A DNA stretch of 64,000 bases from Octopus vulgaris (Eukaryota). A model generated the notes under the pieces. That model made no database searches. It saw only the letters and a program-made list of their open reading frames with translations, and was not told the origin of the DNA. Positions 53,028 through 64,000 of this stretch are shown here, piece by piece; positions within the stretch are counted from its first letter, which is position 1; every line of letters starts with the position of its first letter. A program made the position numbers and the translations under genes. The stretch lies in assembly GCA_951406725.2 (NCBI GenBank), contig OX597818.1:19034001-19098000 (forward strand), in the 5' to 3' direction.

Positions 53028-54310
53028 GGCAAATAAGAAAATAGAGAGGATACAAAAACGACATACATCAGCGGGTAGACATTCTAGTTTGTCTATTTAT
53101 TCCAAAGTATTAGAAAGTTTTAGAAGAATACATACACATGTAATAACTATGTGTTACACACACATGTACTAATATTACAGAAAAGAGCAAAAGATCAGAT
53201 TGACAGTAGGTTCTAGTTCCTTACCAGGGAGGAACCAGGGCATATAGCGCAATGGGGGGATACGGCAAACATTATATGGTTACCATATACAGGAAGGTGT
53301 TAGTAATACGAATATTGTTATTATGACACGAAAAATGAGGGGCGCTAGTACTAGTGGGGGTTAAATAACTAGTACTAATGTATTTAGAAAAACTGACCTA
53401 TTAGGTTGTAGGACTGACCATGACCCCACTCCACCATACACAGGGTTTCCAAGATTTGTTGATCGGCAAAAAATAACGAACACTAACACTGCACTTTAGT
53501 TCCTTACCCACTTGGTTCCTTACTCTCATTTGTGCACTCATATACCAAATTTTCCCATGATGGGTTCACCATCAGAGGCTGCTTATGCCATACCATCCGC
53601 AACGTTGCACCTATTAGCTGGCACTTTACATATAAACTTTCACTTCCGTAACACGGACCATACCTTCAAATCCACCACTGTATTTCTATGTAATCATAAT
53701 GCGAACTACTGCCTAAATTAACCCTTCTTGAAAAAACTTCTCCTGAGAACGACTATATTCACCTATCCACAATTGGACGAAATGACATGGATCTTGGAAT
53801 ACATCACGGGAGGTCCGTAGCTTATTCCCCTTCCTATACCCAAATAATTTTTAATAATGTTGTGCTTCCTTAACATAGTCATGTTTACTCCTATTCTTTT
53901 TCTGCCCTTTCAAAAAGACAAACACACTGTACCTATTGTTAACTGTTCCTTATACGAGGAATTATGTATTAACTCTCCCAACGACTTAGACCCTCTGAAG
54001 AAGCCTAGAGGTACATTCATCATCTGAACTTTATCTGCCCATCCCTGCAGAACACTGAGAAGATGAAGATGGCATGGAGGATTTCGTTGCCTCTTGGAAG
54101 AAACGGCCGTAAGGAACTAGAGCCTAGTGTCAATCTGACCTTTTGCTCTTTTCTGTAATATCAGTACATGTGTGTGTAACACATACTTATTACATGTGTA
54201 AGTATTCTTCTAATACTTTCTAATGCTTTGCAATAAATAGACATACTAGCATGTCTACCCGCTGATGTATGTCGCTTTTGCATCCTCTCCATTTTCTTAT
54301 TTGCCGTATA
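53023..54310. mobile_element. Element with about 200-bp inverted termini and an internal hammerhead (Penelope-like inverted pLTR structure)
   Basis: 53023-53224 is the reverse complement of 54109-54310; the element lies between (TA)n tracts. Confidence 0.8.
53987..54119 (+). ncRNA. Type I hammerhead motif with long stem II insertion
   Basis: CCT-CTGAAGA-ag-CCTAGAGGTA...TGCCTCTTGG-aa-GAAAC-GGCC-GTA-AGG; palindromic stem III (ACGGCCGT). Confidence 0.7.
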
Positions 54311-54474
54311 AATTAAGGGTAAACCACGTTTTACCCCCCGCCCATCTATAACACACAGTTGCGAGATTGCCACGCAATAACCAGCATTTGAGTATGAATA
54401 ATTGGGCACACTACCAGTAATATATTGGATAGAGACTATCCCTTGGTTGGTTTCCCAACCTCTAACTCACACAG

Positions 54475-54529
<55 letters not shown>

Positions 54530-54538
<9 letters not shown>

Positions 54539-55300
54539 TACATATGTGGGAAATTCTGTCTGTGGGTGTGTTTGTGGAGTTGTTAGCTAACTTCTCCTAC
54601 ATCGTTTTCTCGATTTTCCTGAAACTTGACACGTGAGTAGAACTCATGTCTGAAAACTTCATGTCATACTCAGATTGTTGAAGAAATCGATAACAGGGCC
54701 CCTGGAAGGAATCCTTAGATATAGCCAAGGAAAATAACACATTCCATTTCCTAAATTATTTGGTAAAAATGAAATAGAATATGCTTATTTCTTAGTATTT
54801 GAACTGCTAAAGTTTTTTCGCAATTTATCCAGTACAACCCTTAAACAAGTAAATAGTATTTTCCTAAACAATAGATCCACTTATTTCTTTTAGAGACTTA
54901 TTCACGAATATACCACTAGCGTCCCAGAAGGTAATATTCTCTGGGAACGCACAAAAGCCCTTTTCGGAGTTATGTACTTTGAATTGTTATTATCTCATAT
55001 CTGATTAGCCTGTTATTACGTAACATGCTTCAGGATTTTAATAATAGGATTTCTTCCAATGTTCTATATACTCGGGGAGCACATTAAAGTCCTTTTCGGG
55101 GCTACTTTATTTGAATTCTTACTATCGGGTAACAAATTTCATGTTATTACATAATTGACTTCACAATTTGGATATTTATAACTTATTGGGAATCCCTAAA
55201 AACAGGATCATGTGTAAGACAGTTTGGTATTCTCTGTAAATGCACAAAAACAGTTTTAAGTGCTACATACTTTGTATTGTTGTTATTGGATTATTAGATT
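54530..55300 (+). mobile_element. Probable non-autonomous Helitron 5' part with degenerate about 140-bp internal repeats
   Basis: tatactacatat...aaattctgtctgt...ctcctac...cgattttcctgaaact start; repeated gcacaaaa...ttttcgg...tttgaatt units at about 54935, 55070 and 55230. Confidence 0.45.
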
Positions 55301-55414
55301 AGCGAAATAATTATGAGAACGGAACCAAGGGATAGTATTCAATTATAAGCGTTCGATGGCGCTTGGTCGAATAAATATCTTGATTGCTATTGCTCTCAAA
55401 TTTATAATTGAAAT

Positions 55415-55483
55415 ACTATACTGATGACGGAAATACGGTATGAGTTATTTTACATATCTTTAATCCAGAAACGCGTATATAGT
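55415..55483 (+). ncRNA. Type I hammerhead ribozyme with fully canonical core
   Basis: ACTATA-CTGATGA-c-GGA...TCC-a-GAAAC-GC-GTA-TATAGT: 6-bp perfect stem I, palindromic stem III (ACGCGT), GUA cleavage site after 55477. Confidence 0.8.
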
Positions 55484-55730
55484 TAATCAAAGGCGGGTGG
55501 ATTCGTTATTTTTTCCTCTTTACCTGCGTGTGTTGAGAGTATTGCTATCTGGCAGATATATGATGGTAGTAGAATAGTATTTAACTGCTATTTCTAAATT
55601 TCGATATGTGGTGAAGCAATTTTGCTAAGCCCTAATTATAATTATGTTTATAATTATAATAATTTTTGTATTATATATATATTTATATATATATATATAT
55701 ACAATATACATACATACATACATACATTAT

Positions 55731-56110
55731 TATGGATACCCCCTCGTTATCGAGTATGGCCATTGCACGAAGCTTAACTGTTACTGGTGCTGTGATCGAA
55801 TGTGACTTTTTAGCCCAGCTAAAGATCTACAATGTCTTGTACAAAATTGGCAACCAAAACCTTTACTGGTAATAGCCGGCTGTAGTTGTAACTGGGCTTC
55901 ATGTACCTTTGCATGTCGTTTAAGTCCTCCTGTCGAATTACTCTCTCTTCCACATGCCCGACAGATATGATTAGTATGGTGTGTTACAGATTTCAGGCTC
56001 CACTTGCAGCACGTTAACTCTCCCAAACGCAATCATTGGGAGAGACCTCAAAGCACACACCTCATGGCTTTCAAATACAGAGCAGCAATACCCCTTCTAC
56101 ATCTTAAATA
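55731..56110 (-). mobile_element. RTE-type LINE 3' end with C-terminal C2H2-like fingers
   Basis: CRACGRESNSTGGLKRHAKVH...CQFCTRHCRSLAGLKSHIRSQH*. Confidence 0.65.
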
Positions 56111-56209
56111 CAATACGCCATACCAATACATACTTTCTGTTTCTTTTTCTCTCTCCCTTTCCCTCTCTCTCTCTCTCTCTCTCTTTCACAATCTCCTCAA
56201 GATAACTAC

Positions 56210-56790
56210 AACTTTTCCCTATTCGTTACATTCTAACTCTCCACACCAAACTACGATAATCACTTGTCAAAAAATTCCCCAACTTTCCACGGACCACCAA
56301 CAAAATTTTCATTACAATAGACTTGCAGTTTTACAAACTTTAAAAAAGCCCAACAGAAAAAGTTTCACACGGATTCACAAATCACGTTTTTTTTTTTCAC
56401 AATCACCAACATAGATGCTGTCCTCATACATACGTCAAAATAATTATGAACGTATCTAAAAGATATATTCCACAAGTCAACATAAAAAAAAAACACAAGC
56501 CTAATTACACAGAAGTAGCCAATCACATTAAAAAATTCAATAGAGACAGTCTCAAACGCAATGCACTAAAGTCACGCAAACCCGAAATAAAACTCAGCAT
56601 CAAAGAGACAAACAAAGCAATAACAAAACTAAATACATATATAAACAAAATAATCCTTTAGAAAACAGAAAACTAACATATGTAACCAACATCAATCTCA
56701 AACTAAAAGTGAAGCACAAAATAGAGTAATTGACATCATCAACAAGATCGTTGTTACAACAGCAACCTCGAATAATATATCCAGAGGACA
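56210..56790 (+). mobile_element. APE-type LINE ORF2 fragment (endonuclease end and linker)
   Basis: LSTDH (SDH motif), FTNFKKA(N)RK, SKRYIPQ...KPNY...LNTYINKII; frameshifted. Confidence 0.55.
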
Positions 56791-56974
56791 ACACAAAGCA
56801 GTCGCTCTTATTAGTATAGGGTCTCCATGGGGTTCAGTCTGGCTGTTTAGCTGCACATATAGGAACAGTGTTTAAAGAGTGTTCCACCCCATCTCTCTTG
56901 AGTAATTTTGGCGAAAGATGTGTTGTTGGTTTTCTTGTTAAAGCTGTCGCTGTTATTGTTGTTGTTGTTGTTGT

Positions 56975-57109
<135 letters not shown>

Positions 57110-57193
57110 CAGTAGTAGTAGTAGAGGATGTTCCTTTATTATCTTTGTTAAAAATTATCATTTTTCTGTTTACCTTTTGTTGATGCAGCTGTT

Positions 57194-57684
57194 GTCTTCT
57201 TCTAATCAGGCCTCATGCCATTAGCCACAAAGAATAATCTCTAATTTGAGCCTACTCTAAGCTACTAAGAATGCGTGCAGCAACTTGAAGATCCACTCAC
57301 CACACGCAATAGACTGGCGGTTGCACGAGCGCGAAAGCTACGTTGTCATCCTCATTCCGTAAACGGTGGCTTTTAACGGGTGGAGAGCTGAAACCATCCT
57401 GGGGTACAGAGTATTCGCAATCTAGACTAAGGTTTGAAAGTTTTACTATACCATAGTGGGTTACACCATGGTTTCTCTGCTTTGAGGCAGAAGCAGGAAG
57501 AAAGAGTGAGAGAAAGTTGTGGTGAAAGAGTACAGCGGGGTTCACCTCTCCGCCCCCGCTAGATCCTTGTGGAGCTTAGGTGCTTTTGCTCAATAAACAC
57601 TCACAATGCCCGGTCTGGGAATCGAAACTGCATTCTTACGACCGCGAGTCCGCTTCCCTGACTACTGGGCCATTGCACCTCCAC
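57194..57684 (-). mobile_element. SINE family C copy
   Basis: Reverse complement of 49300-49790. Confidence 0.9.
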
Positions 57685-58127
57685 CTACAGCTGTTGTTGG
57701 CTTCGAAATTTTCCATTATTGGTTCCACTTCAAATTTAATGTTGTTGTTGTTGTTGTTGTTGATGATGATGATGATCATGATGATCATGATGATGATAAT
57801 GATAGTGGTTTCAATAATTTCTTTGTTGAAATTTTCCGTGTTGATTTTATTGTTATCGAAAGTTACCTTGTCGTATGTTTGAAGAGCGACGACGTATTGC
57901 CTCCCGCTCACACCCTCCTTCACTGCGCTCTGATAACACTGCACTTACTCTCTCTCTCCTGTCTTATACACACGAGTCTCACTGCGTCGTTTGATGTTTT
58001 CGACATGGAAGGAGAAAACAAAAATTTCATAACAGAAACAAAACTAAATCGAAATATCCCGCAAGATTTGGGGACAATGCACGAAAAGAAACTCACCAGT
58101 CGGTAGCAAACAACTCGTTTTCGATGA

Positions 58128-58360
58128 CGGTGGCGAGCTGGCAGAAACGTTAGCACACCGGGCGAAATGCTTAGTGGTATTGAGTCTGTCGTTGCGTTCT
58201 GAGTTCAAATTCCGCCGAGGTCGACTTTGCCTTTCATCCTTTCGGGGTCGATAAATTAAGTACCAGTTACGCACTGGGGTCGATGTAATCGACTTAATCC
58301 GTTTGTCTGTCCTTGTTTGTCCCCTCTATGTTTAACCCCTTGTGGGCAATAAAGAAACAG
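58128..58360 (+). mobile_element. SINE family B, full length
   Basis: Near-identical to 18111-18343. Confidence 0.9.
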
Positions 58361-58479
58361 GTATAAATTTCAAAACTAGATAGAGCAGTTATCCGTGATT
58401 TTTGTTTACAAAAATTACAGAGCGAGTTCAAGCGGGATTAGCCAGGCTGACAGCCATAAAGTAATAATAATAATAATCC

Positions 58480-58710
58480 TTTCTACAATAGACACACGGC
58501 CTGAATTTTTTTTTTCTTTTGTAGTGGTGGTGGTAGGGGGGGTAAGTCGATTACATCAACCCCCAGTAGTTAACTAGAACTCATCTTATCGGCATTGAAT
58601 GGATGAAACATAAAGTCAACCACGGCGGAATTTGAACTCAGAATGCAAACACAAACGAAATGCCACTAAGCATTTTGCCTGCGTGCTAACGATTCTCCCA
58701 GCTCGCCACT
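58480..58710 (-). mobile_element. SINE family B copy
   Basis: cggcggaatttgaactcagaa...gcgtgctaacgattctcccagctcgcc. Confidence 0.75.
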
Positions 58711-58731
58711 TTAATAATAATAATAATAATG

Positions 58732-58762
<31 letters not shown>

Positions 58763-58764
58763 GG

Positions 58765-59295
58765 TTCTTTCAACATCCTTAAACAACCCTTATTCAGGGA
58801 CCTTTTGAGCGGGATGGGCTACTCAACCTGAAGAAAATTCTAATTGGGCCCCACCTGCAAGGTCATGTGCTGTTTATCTTGATATGAGATCACCATGTCG
58901 CGCACATATGGTTGTGATGCATGTGCCTGGTGTACCCTTATCAGACGGGTAGTCATGATGGGTATATTGGGCTTCGTATATTTTACCCCAGTGTCACTTT
59001 GATGGCATGAACTGTTCTCTCACTCAATAATAATAATATTAATAATAATGAGAAGAAGAAGTAGTAGTGCCTTTTGAGTAGGATGGGCAACTCGACCTGA
59101 ATAAAATCCTAACTGGGCCCCACCTTCAAGGTCATGCATAGTTTATATTGATATGGGATTACCATGTTGCGTACATACGGTTGTGATGCATGTGCCTGGT
59201 GAAACCTTGTCAGATGGATGATCATAATGGATATATTGGGTTTCGTATATTTGTACCCCAGTGTCACTTTGATAACATGCATTGTTCTCTCACCA

Positions 59296-59296
<1 letters not shown>
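58765..59296 (+). mobile_element. Two tandem 3'-end copies of a (TAA)n-tailed retroelement
   Basis: cttttgag..ggatgggc.actc.acctgaa...ttaccccagtgtcactttga...ctctcac occurs twice, each followed by (TAA)n. Confidence 0.75.
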
Positions 59297-59383
<87 letters not shown>

Positions 59384-59737
59384 AAGAAGAAGAAGAAGAA
59401 GAACAACAACAACAACAACAACAATACGTTGAATTCAAATGTCATGATAACCAGAATACAATGATCAATATCGATTTATTTGTCGATTTATTTAATTATC
59501 ATTAAGGGGAAATGGGCCAGTTACGCAAAAGAAAACAAAAGTTTTAAGATGATGGAATGGCGCGGCAAATTGTCAGGGGCCGATAAAGTGTAGGATACAT
59601 TGCGGTATGCGATCCGGTTTTCTACCCACTGGTTCTCAAATCCGACCGATATCAATTTTCTTTCACCTCCTTCCGAAGTCAATAAATGGTTTAAAGAGCG
59701 TTCACTATGTGTGTGTGTGTGAGAGGGGGTGAATATG

Positions 59738-59818
<81 letters not shown>

Positions 59819-59867
59819 GGATGGATGGATGGATTGATGGATGGATGGATGGATGGATGGATGGATG

Positions 59868-59937
<70 letters not shown>

Positions 59938-59939
<2 letters not shown>

Positions 59940-60908
59940 TGTTTCTTTATTAGCCACACAGGGCTGCACGCAGACAGGACAAATTACAAGGTAGAGCTTT
60001 TCTTTTGGGGGTAAAAAAGGGGGTTTGGTTTTCGATCAATAGGGATCGTAAAGGGAAAGAAAGAGGACAAAAAAGGGGGGAATAAAATGTTTAAAAAAGG
60101 GGGGGGAATTTATCAATAGGGATCGTTATCACAGAAATGTCAATATGAAGTGTAAAGGGGAGGACAGGTGAGGTTTACCCGTGGAAAGGAAAGCCTACGG
60201 AAAAGACCACGGTAACCTCGGTCAATGAAGTCACATGTTATATTTCTTTTTTTTTTTTTTTGCAAATAAGCAACTCTCTGTATTAATTTTTACGGTTCAT
60301 AGAATCATAGTCAAGGTGGCTTCGTCATTCATACGTGGGATTCCTTGCTACATTCACCCATCTTTTTTTAAAACATTCACTAGACAAAACTTGCCTCTCT
60401 ACTCTCACTTTCCTCTTCAAGTGATACTTGAAGAAGTTGATGAGAGATTGACCAGAGAGGAAAGTGTTTATCTCTAATCCTTTCAGGCGCATCCACCAGA
60501 TACATTCTTTCGCCATAGCCACAAGTATGATAAAAATAGCTCTTCCTTCCCGTTTGAAGGAAGGAGGCGTGACGATATTAACGATAGACTCGGCTGATAA
60601 ACCGACACGTCCCACACGTGACAGCAGTCGTTCGACAGAAGCCCACAAATTGCTGGACACTGCACGATTGCGTGCAGAGCGGTTTCGTCGCTCTGCCCGC
60701 ATCTCGGGCAGGTCGGCCCCGTGTTTCTCGAGCCATGCCTATAGAGCTTATCCCGAACGGGTAGCGCTTCTCGGTAGCACCGCCAGGCCAGGGATCTCTG
60801 GAAGTTGTCCATAGGTCCCGGCCCGAAAGTCGTTTCAAACAGGCGGGTCAGGTATTCCTCGTCGACGCCCAGGTTTTCCCCAAGATCGTCGTCGTACCTC
60901 CCCTCCAC
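59938..60908 (-). mobile_element. Tx1/L1-type LINE 3' portion (zf-RVT domain and 3'UTR)
   Basis: RSLAWRCYREALPVRDKL...CPRCGQSDETALHAIVQCP (CCHC zf-RVT); ends aataaagaaac directly into (TATC)n. Confidence 0.85.
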
Positions 60909-61070
60909 CTTTTAGTCGAGCAAATCGACCCCAGGACTTATTCTTTGTAAGCCTAGTACTTATTCTATCGGTCTCTTTGCCGAACCGTTAAGTTACGGGG
61001 ACATAAACACACCAGCATCGGTTGTCAAGCGATGTTGGGGGTACAAACACAGACACACAAACATATACAC

Positions 61071-61155
<85 letters not shown>

Positions 61156-61298
61156 CACACACACGCGGCGGGTTTCTTTCAGTTTCCGTTCCGAGGCTAT
61201 AGTGGAAGACACTTGCTCAAGGTGCCACGCAGTGGGACTGATCCCGGAACCATGTGGTTCGTAAGCAAGCTACTTACCACACAACCGCTCCTGCGCCT
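60909..61298 (-). mobile_element. SINE family A copy lacking its tail, fused to the LINE
   Basis: Head at 61298; similarity stops at ctcgactaaaaggtgg. Confidence 0.85.
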
Positions 61299-61305
61299 AA
61301 CAGCC

Positions 61306-61641
61306 TATATGCATTTTTTAAAAATAAAAACAAAGAGAGAATCCCGTTATTGGGGAGGGGGGAACTATCATTGTTTTGTGTTTTGTGTTCAGTAGTGTTT
61401 TGCACTTTCTAGTAAAGAATTCTTCTGTATATTTCCGGAAATGTTCGTTGTCCGACCATAACTTAAATCTTCTCAATCGTCCCCTTCTTTAAGTTATGGT
61501 CGGACAACGACATTTCCGGAAAATAAAGAAGAATTCTTCATTAGAAAGTACAAACCACTACTGAACACCAAAAAATGATATTCCACCCCACCCAATAACG
61601 GGATTCCCTCTTTGCTTTTTTTTATTTTTAAGATGCATGTA
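61306..61641. repeat. Fold-back inverted repeat, about 160-bp arms, about 19-nt loop
   Basis: gaatcccgttattggg...gtccgaccataacttaaa versus tttaagttatggtcggac...cccaataacgggattc. Confidence 0.9.
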
Positions 61642-62505
61642 TCCAAATCGAAATGATGTCACCTACTTTCAATCATTCGATCGTTGATGAGGAGAACAAC
61701 CCTCGGAGGTACACTTCTGTTTCACTTATCCCCCTCCCACCAATGTACATGCGAACTTAAATATATGAGCAGTGTAGATACGTATACATGTGTGTGTGTA
61801 TGTGTGTGTGTGTGTGTGTGTACATATGCATGTATATGTAGGTATGTATAAATATACAGGTGTGAATGCATGTATTAATATATGGGTTCGTGTGAACTAG
61901 AAAAAATATATGTATGTGTGTAGATATACATATGTATATATATGTGTGTGTGTGTGTGTATGCGTGTGTATCTATATATATGCGTATGCGTATGTATATA
62001 AGTATGTATGTATGTATATATATAGGTAAACGTGTGTATGCATATGTGTGTATATATATGTATATATATATGTGTGTGCATGTATATATATGTTTGCATA
62101 TATTGTATGTATATTTGCCTGTGTGTGATAAGGTGTAAGATATACTTCTGTATATCTTATATTTTTGTAAGCTTGCATGTGTATTATATTTTATGTACTA
62201 TTTGCCGGAATTTAACTCGTGTCTTGATATGCTATTTTATTTTATTATCACTATATTTATTCCTCTTATTCTAACAGTTTTAAGCGTGTTATATGCAAAA
62301 TTTATATTTATATTTATAATTGTATTTATATTTTTATTTGTATATGATACTTATATATTACTGAATTTTAAATTTCTAATATGTCGGACTGTATAGATAT
62401 TAACTAGTATATAAGATTTGCATGTGTTTGGCCTATCTTTGAATTTCGTGGTGTTCCTGTGGTTGTTGCTCCTATTGCCTCCCCTTGGATAAAAAAGTGT
62501 ATGTG

Positions 62506-62548
<43 letters not shown>

Positions 62549-62911
62549 GTATGTATCATCCCCTTTTTATCAAATGACATATATTTTACACCTCATTAAC
62601 ACCCTCTTCCCCAGACACACAGCTAAACTTATCTTTTACATAGAAAATTACTGAAACGTCTCTTTATGAAATTATGATAGTTGATTCAGCCATGAGAGAA
62701 TTTGAAAAACATCCGACCATTATATTTTTCACTAAAGGTCAACTATTCTAATGGAACCAGCAAGAGGGCACTTTCACAGCCCCTTCATAAAACCTTCCTT
62801 AAACACCCCACCACCTCTCAACACCACCCTCGATCAATTATCTTGTTTTTACCATTCACTATTTTCTCTCAGCTCTTGTTCATCAACACTCTTTCACTCC
62901 CACACTTATCT

Positions 62912-63137
62912 GTTTCTTTATTACCCACAAGGGGCTAAACATAGAGGGGACAAACAAGGACAGACAAACGGATTAAGTCGATTATATCGACCCCAGTGCG
63001 TAACTGGTACTTATTTAATCGACCCCGAAAAAATGAAAGGCAAAGTCGACCTCGGCGGAATTTGAACTCAGAACGTAACCGCAGACGAAATACGGCTACG
63101 CATCTCGCCCGGCGTGCTAACGATTCTGCCAGCTCTC
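62912..63137 (-). mobile_element. SINE family B, full length
   Basis: Reverse complement of 18111-18343. Confidence 0.9.
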
Positions 63138-63417
63138 CACACTTATCAACAAACACCAACCCCACCCTAAACACACCCAAATCTCTTATATATAGAATCA
63201 CACACAGCACAACACAACCTGAAATCAGTTGGACAATCGCCACCGACGAATGCGAGAAAGGAATCCAGAAAAGTTAACAAGGAATCTTTAAAAAAATCTC
63301 CCCACTGAAGTTAACAAAGAACTTACTAGATCTAAAGACCAAACTGTAAAATTATATTATTGGAGAATTAAATTGATTAGAACTACCAGTGAAATCATTC
63401 TTTTCCTTTTGAAATAT

Positions 63418-63451
<34 letters not shown>

Positions 63452-63458
63452 CTGTGTG

Positions 63459-63501
<43 letters not shown>

Positions 63502-63567
63502 CATTGTTTCTGATTCAAGGTAGCGAATCGTGAGGTTATCGGAAAAACTGTTTTTCACATTCGTTTC

Positions 63568-63627
<60 letters not shown>

Positions 63628-64000
63628 GTTCTGAGTCAAATCTTGAGAAAGACAATTTTGGTTTTCACCTCTTCAGCTTATTTAAAATAAAGTACTGGGG
63701 TTGAAGATACCGTCTATTTTCCATCCCCTCAAAATTTCTGGCTCCGTTCCTAAATAAAGAAATATTAATGACACCGAGCTGGCAGAGTCATAGAGCGTCG
63801 AATAAAACGCGTTGCGGTATAACTTCCTTGTGTTGAAATTAGAAACCATTATTTTTATCGTCAATAATTATATTTAGAATTTGAGATCATATAGAACTAC
63901 GATTATCCTGGGAAACAGAACCAACTTTTCGTATATGTATATTTACGAACAAAAATATGCAATGGTTACGGGCCAATTATTCAGTACATCCATGCGCGAA

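Noticed and set aside
55781-56032. C2H2 zinc-finger gene of the octopus ZNF expansion
   Set aside because: No TGEKP linkers; the fingers match RTE LINE C-termini and are followed directly by a retroelement-like tail.

Overview
AT-rich, extremely microsatellite-dense animal genomic DNA. The tRNA-headed SINE families and (TA)n/(CATA)n/(GATA)n density point to an octopus or other coleoid cephalopod (inference). Almost all of the listed ORFs are translations of simple repeats. Only one convincing host protein-coding region is present: a compact, divergent rhodopsin-class (peptide/chemoreceptor-like) GPCR on the minus strand at about 44.5-45.4 kb. The rest is a graveyard of decayed mobile elements: at least four SINE families, mariner/Tc1 remnants and MITEs, Helitron ends, RTE, Tx1/L1-type, RLE-type and APE-type LINE fragments, and Penelope-like (GIY-YIG) remnants. 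The most notable signal not shown by the ORF track is a dispersed set of about 10 hammerhead-ribozyme motifs (one with a fully canonical core at 55415-55483). Several sit in or next to fold-back inverted-repeat elements embedded in (TA)n tracts, consistent with Penelope-like pseudo-LTRs or non-autonomous ribozyme-bearing retroelements. Folds and alignments were done by eye, so boundaries are approximate and no activity is demonstrated.
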